A stretch of 63,391 nucleotides of DNA, filler included, from Basidiobolus ranarum (lineage: Eukaryota), in the NCBI GenBank assembly GCA_040143965.1. It is 42 parts of 42 records of this genome, joined end to end, with 100 filler letters (N's around TTAATTAATTAA, not from the genome) between each part and the next. Parts side by side here need not be neighbours in the genome. Positions count along the whole stretch, not along the records: positions 60,482 to 61,886 come from JASJQH010012160.1; positions 61,987 to 63,391 come from JASJQH010012161.1; 40 more parts are not named here. The stretch is one strand, 5' to 3'. Position 1 is the stretch's first letter, and every line of letters starts with the position of its first letter. Both the position numbers and the translations under genes were made by a program. The notes under the pieces are model-generated. The model was not told the DNA's origin. It did not search any database and saw nothing but the letters and a program-made list of their open reading frames with translations. Shown piece after piece: positions 60,482 through 63,391 of this stretch.

Positions 60482-61885
60482 CGTTCCTTCTCTTTATATT
60501 CAATATATCTAATAAGAAATAAACACTTCATTAGTCATCCATAATAAACACACTTCCATTGCTTTGCTTTGCTTTCTACTTACGTATACCAGCCGCCTCC
60601 AAGTAAGGTCAACAGAATTCCAATCCCATTCATGGCTGAGATGTCGAGGTTGAAGATGGTCACCGCCAGCACTATCGACAGTACTTGTTTGACATTCCCG
60701 GCTACAGTCATGGTCAATGCAGAGGTCTTCTTGTTTGCGGTGAAACTGACAACATTGAGGAAGAATGCAATCACTCCATTGACCACCAATGCAAACACCA
60801 ATGTCCAGCTCATTTCAGTTCGAACGAAGACTGTGACCGCTTCCAACTCTCCAGTCATATAGGCATACATAATTGTCTGCAAGAATGCTAAGGGGGACAT
60901 GCGGTACAACAGATCCAATGGATGTAGTTTCAATCCACTTGTTTGGACCTTGTTCGTCACCACAGTCTTGATTGCCGCCAGTACTGTCCCAAGAACAGTG
61001 AGGAAGAAACCCATGGCAGTGAAGTAATAGTCTCCGAAAGTGGCAAACCCGACTCCGAAGATCACCTAAAATCATCATCATCAAGAGCGATATCAGTATT
61101 TGTAACTCAGTTTGTATTGTATTTCGCACATTCACATATGCGACTTTCACATCCCCCTCCCTCCTCAGTGATCGACAAATGTTCCAAATAGAAATGGTTT
61201 ACTTACAGGTAGTAGAGAGATGTATGTCATCTTGGAGTAGCTGGCTTTCAAACAGACCAGAGACAGTATGATGGTGAAAAGTGGGGTCATGGCACGTACA
61301 ACTTGGTGAAACTATTGATTGAAATACAAAGATGTTCTCGATTAGTACTCGAATCTTATTACTCTCACTCTCACTCCCCCTTCCTTCAACTCGTTCTGTT
61401 TACTTACCGGAACTGTAACAAGATGACTGTATTGTGAGGATAAATAGGGTATGGTCAAAAGAGAAGAGAAGAGAAACAAAGTTAGTACCCCATATCTGCT
61501 TGTTTTGCTTGTCTATAAATGCTGAGTGAGAGTGTACTTACAGTGATACGTTGCTAATGGCAATGTTGAGTGTGTACAACACAGAGAATGCAAGCATAAT
61601 GGTGTTCTCTCTTTCCCCCAACTTCCTAGGCTTGAACACACCGAAGAGATAAAGTAGGTAGGAGCCAATGGCACCGCACAAAGTGTGTATACCAGTGAGG
61701 GTCCAGGGAAAGCCAAAGTCGAACAGCTGCATAACCGCCTTGTTATACAGAGTCAAGCCAAGGTTAAAGAAGAAGTACATGATTAACCAAACGGCTGGGG
61801 AGTCCATAAACTCCTTGGTCATCGATAACCTAGAAGGTTTCCGAAGACCAGTGTGAAGCGGTAATTCTGCTTGAGTGACAGACAT
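60482..61885 (-). CDS. Triose-phosphate/nucleotide-sugar transporter (TPT, SLC35E-like); exons 61885-61542, 61426-61408, 61311-61207, 61065-60584, 60508-<60482
   Basis: NLGLTLYNK, FPWTLT..H, NIAISNVSL-HLVTVP-FHQVVRAMTP, LHPLDLLYRMSP and TSALTMTVAGNVKQ. Four GTAAGT...AG introns splice in frame. Confidence 0.92.
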
Positions 61886-61986
61886 GNNNNNNNNNNNNNN
61901 NNNNNNNNNNNNNNNNNNNNNNNNNNNNNNTTAATTAATTAANNNNNNNNNNNNNNNNNNNNNNNNNNNNNNNNNNNNNNNNNNNN

Positions 61987-62892
61987 TTAAAAGAATGGCA
62001 AATGAAGAAGAGCATACTGAATCTGGAAATATGGTTGCAACAGAAGATCACTTGTTCATATCTACTCTATCTATGACTACCAACAAGGATTCTCAGATGT
62101 GGTATATTGATTCTGGAGCTTCCCAACATTTCACAAATGCAAAACATTGGTTGGTGGATTATGAAGAAATCCCAATTAGAAAGGTTTTCATAGGAGATAA
62201 CTGCACATTGGATGCTGTTGGAATACAAACAATTCAAGTAAATTTAACTGGAGCTTCTGAAGAGGAAGTATTTACTTTTGAGGATGTACTGCATGCTCCT
62301 GATATTGCCAAGAATTCAATATCTGTACTCAAGGCCACCTCAGAAGGGCTAAAAATCAATGTTGATAAGTCAGGATGCACCATTACTGATCAAAGTTGGG
62401 ATTATTTAGCTTTGGGAGCAAAGGATCAGAACTTATACAAACTTACATATAATCCAAGAGGTTAATGTGTAAGTATAAGTTATTCCAATCAAGTAACTAT
62501 TCAATTATGGCATAAGAGATTTGGCCATATTAGATTTAATTATTTGAGCAAAATGCTCAAAAATTGCCTAATTTCTAGAATTCAAATTAACCCCCCTAAC
62601 AAAATGAAAATTTGCAAGGGTTATATATATGGAGAGCAGCCAGGCAACCATTCCAGAGCTCTTATTTAATCAAATCTGTCAAAAATTGGATCTAATTCAT
62701 TCAGATTTGTGTGGACCAATGCAAAATTTGTCTTTAGGCAGAAAAAGATATTTAATCATATTTATTGATGATTATAAAAGATACACTAGGGTCCACTTTA
62801 TGAAAAGAAAGGAAGAAGCTCTCTGTATCTTTGGAGATTTTAAAACACTTGTGGAGACTGAAACTGGAACTAAAATCAAGAAAATATGCATG
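61987..62892 (+). mobile_element. Copia protease, pre-integrase and integrase start
   Basis: WYIDSGASQH, LWHKRFGH and LIHSDLCGPM. Confidence 0.92.
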
Positions 62893-63391
62893 CAATGGCA
62901 GCTCTGACATTCAGAGTCTTTTGGTTTGCCGGTTTTCCTATGAGATTTCTACTTTCATGTGCGCAAGCAATTTCGGGTTGTTATGTAGGCTTAATGGTCC
63001 AACACATATTCTGCTCTGCTAGATTGTCACGGTGACATTCACATGTATAGTGTGGGATTTATTGAAATCCCATATGTGAATGGACAGAGGGAGCAGCCTG
63101 TTACTGTAGTTCAAGTAAAGCATTCTGAAGATCTTGGATCATTGTTTAGTGACTCACTAACTGTTGACTAGTTGTTTCCAAATGCTGCATTTATTTCAAT
63201 ATTGTGGCATTATTGCTTGTCATTGCCTGTATAGCAACTTCATAGTTTTTACTTATGATTGCATACAAATCATTATGGTGTTCTGCCTGCAATTCCCTTG
63301 TTGTAATAATTCTATCCAAATTTTCTACAGAGGATTGTTCAATAGTGGGCAAAGTAGCCATTTTGGAAGTTGATGGTCTTGACGGTGTTTT
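62893..63391 (-). mobile_element. CACTA ORF2 N-terminal fragment
   Basis: Collinear with 36745-37240. Confidence 0.83.

Noticed and set aside
1419-61986. Regularly spaced TTAATTAATTAA palindromes as a CRISPR-like or biological repeat array
   Set aside because: Always embedded in fixed N runs; an artificial six-frame stop linker.

Overview
This window is not contiguous DNA. It is 42 unrelated short contigs (1418 bp falling to 1405 bp, sorted by length) joined by 41 artificial 100-bp linkers (N44-TTAATTAATTAA-N44, stop codons in all six frames), so nothing may be inferred from adjacency across a linker. Spliceosomal introns, an AA11 LPMO, a SUN-domain protein and a nad1 with only TGG for Trp point to a fungus, probably early-diverging (Basidiobolus/Zoopagomycota- or Mucoromycota-like; this is inference). 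About two-thirds of the contigs are decayed, CpG-depleted, nested transposons. These include at least 4 Ty1/copia families (3 with a half-tRNAiMet PBS), a chromovirus-type Ty3/gypsy, a LINE, a PIF/Harbinger-like DDE transposase, and a CCC-ended CACTA/CMC element that can be rebuilt across contigs, with a divergent second ORF of unknown function. Host genes are an AA11 LPMO, SLP1-like mid-SUN protein, IQM-like protein (complete), TPT/SLC35E transporter, tandem ADHs, a 12-aa repeat mucin-like protein and mitochondrial nad1. Top leads, mostly invisible in the ORF track: (1) a tandem array of apparently secreted CHAP-domain (peptidoglycan hydrolase-like) genes; (2) an intronless MutS lever-domain fragment resembling giant-virus MutS7, decaying at CpG sites; (3) the two-gene CACTA element; (4) other bacterial-looking genes (Cif-like hydrolase, NRPS and CAP remnants). 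All family calls are motif recognition by eye and need database confirmation.
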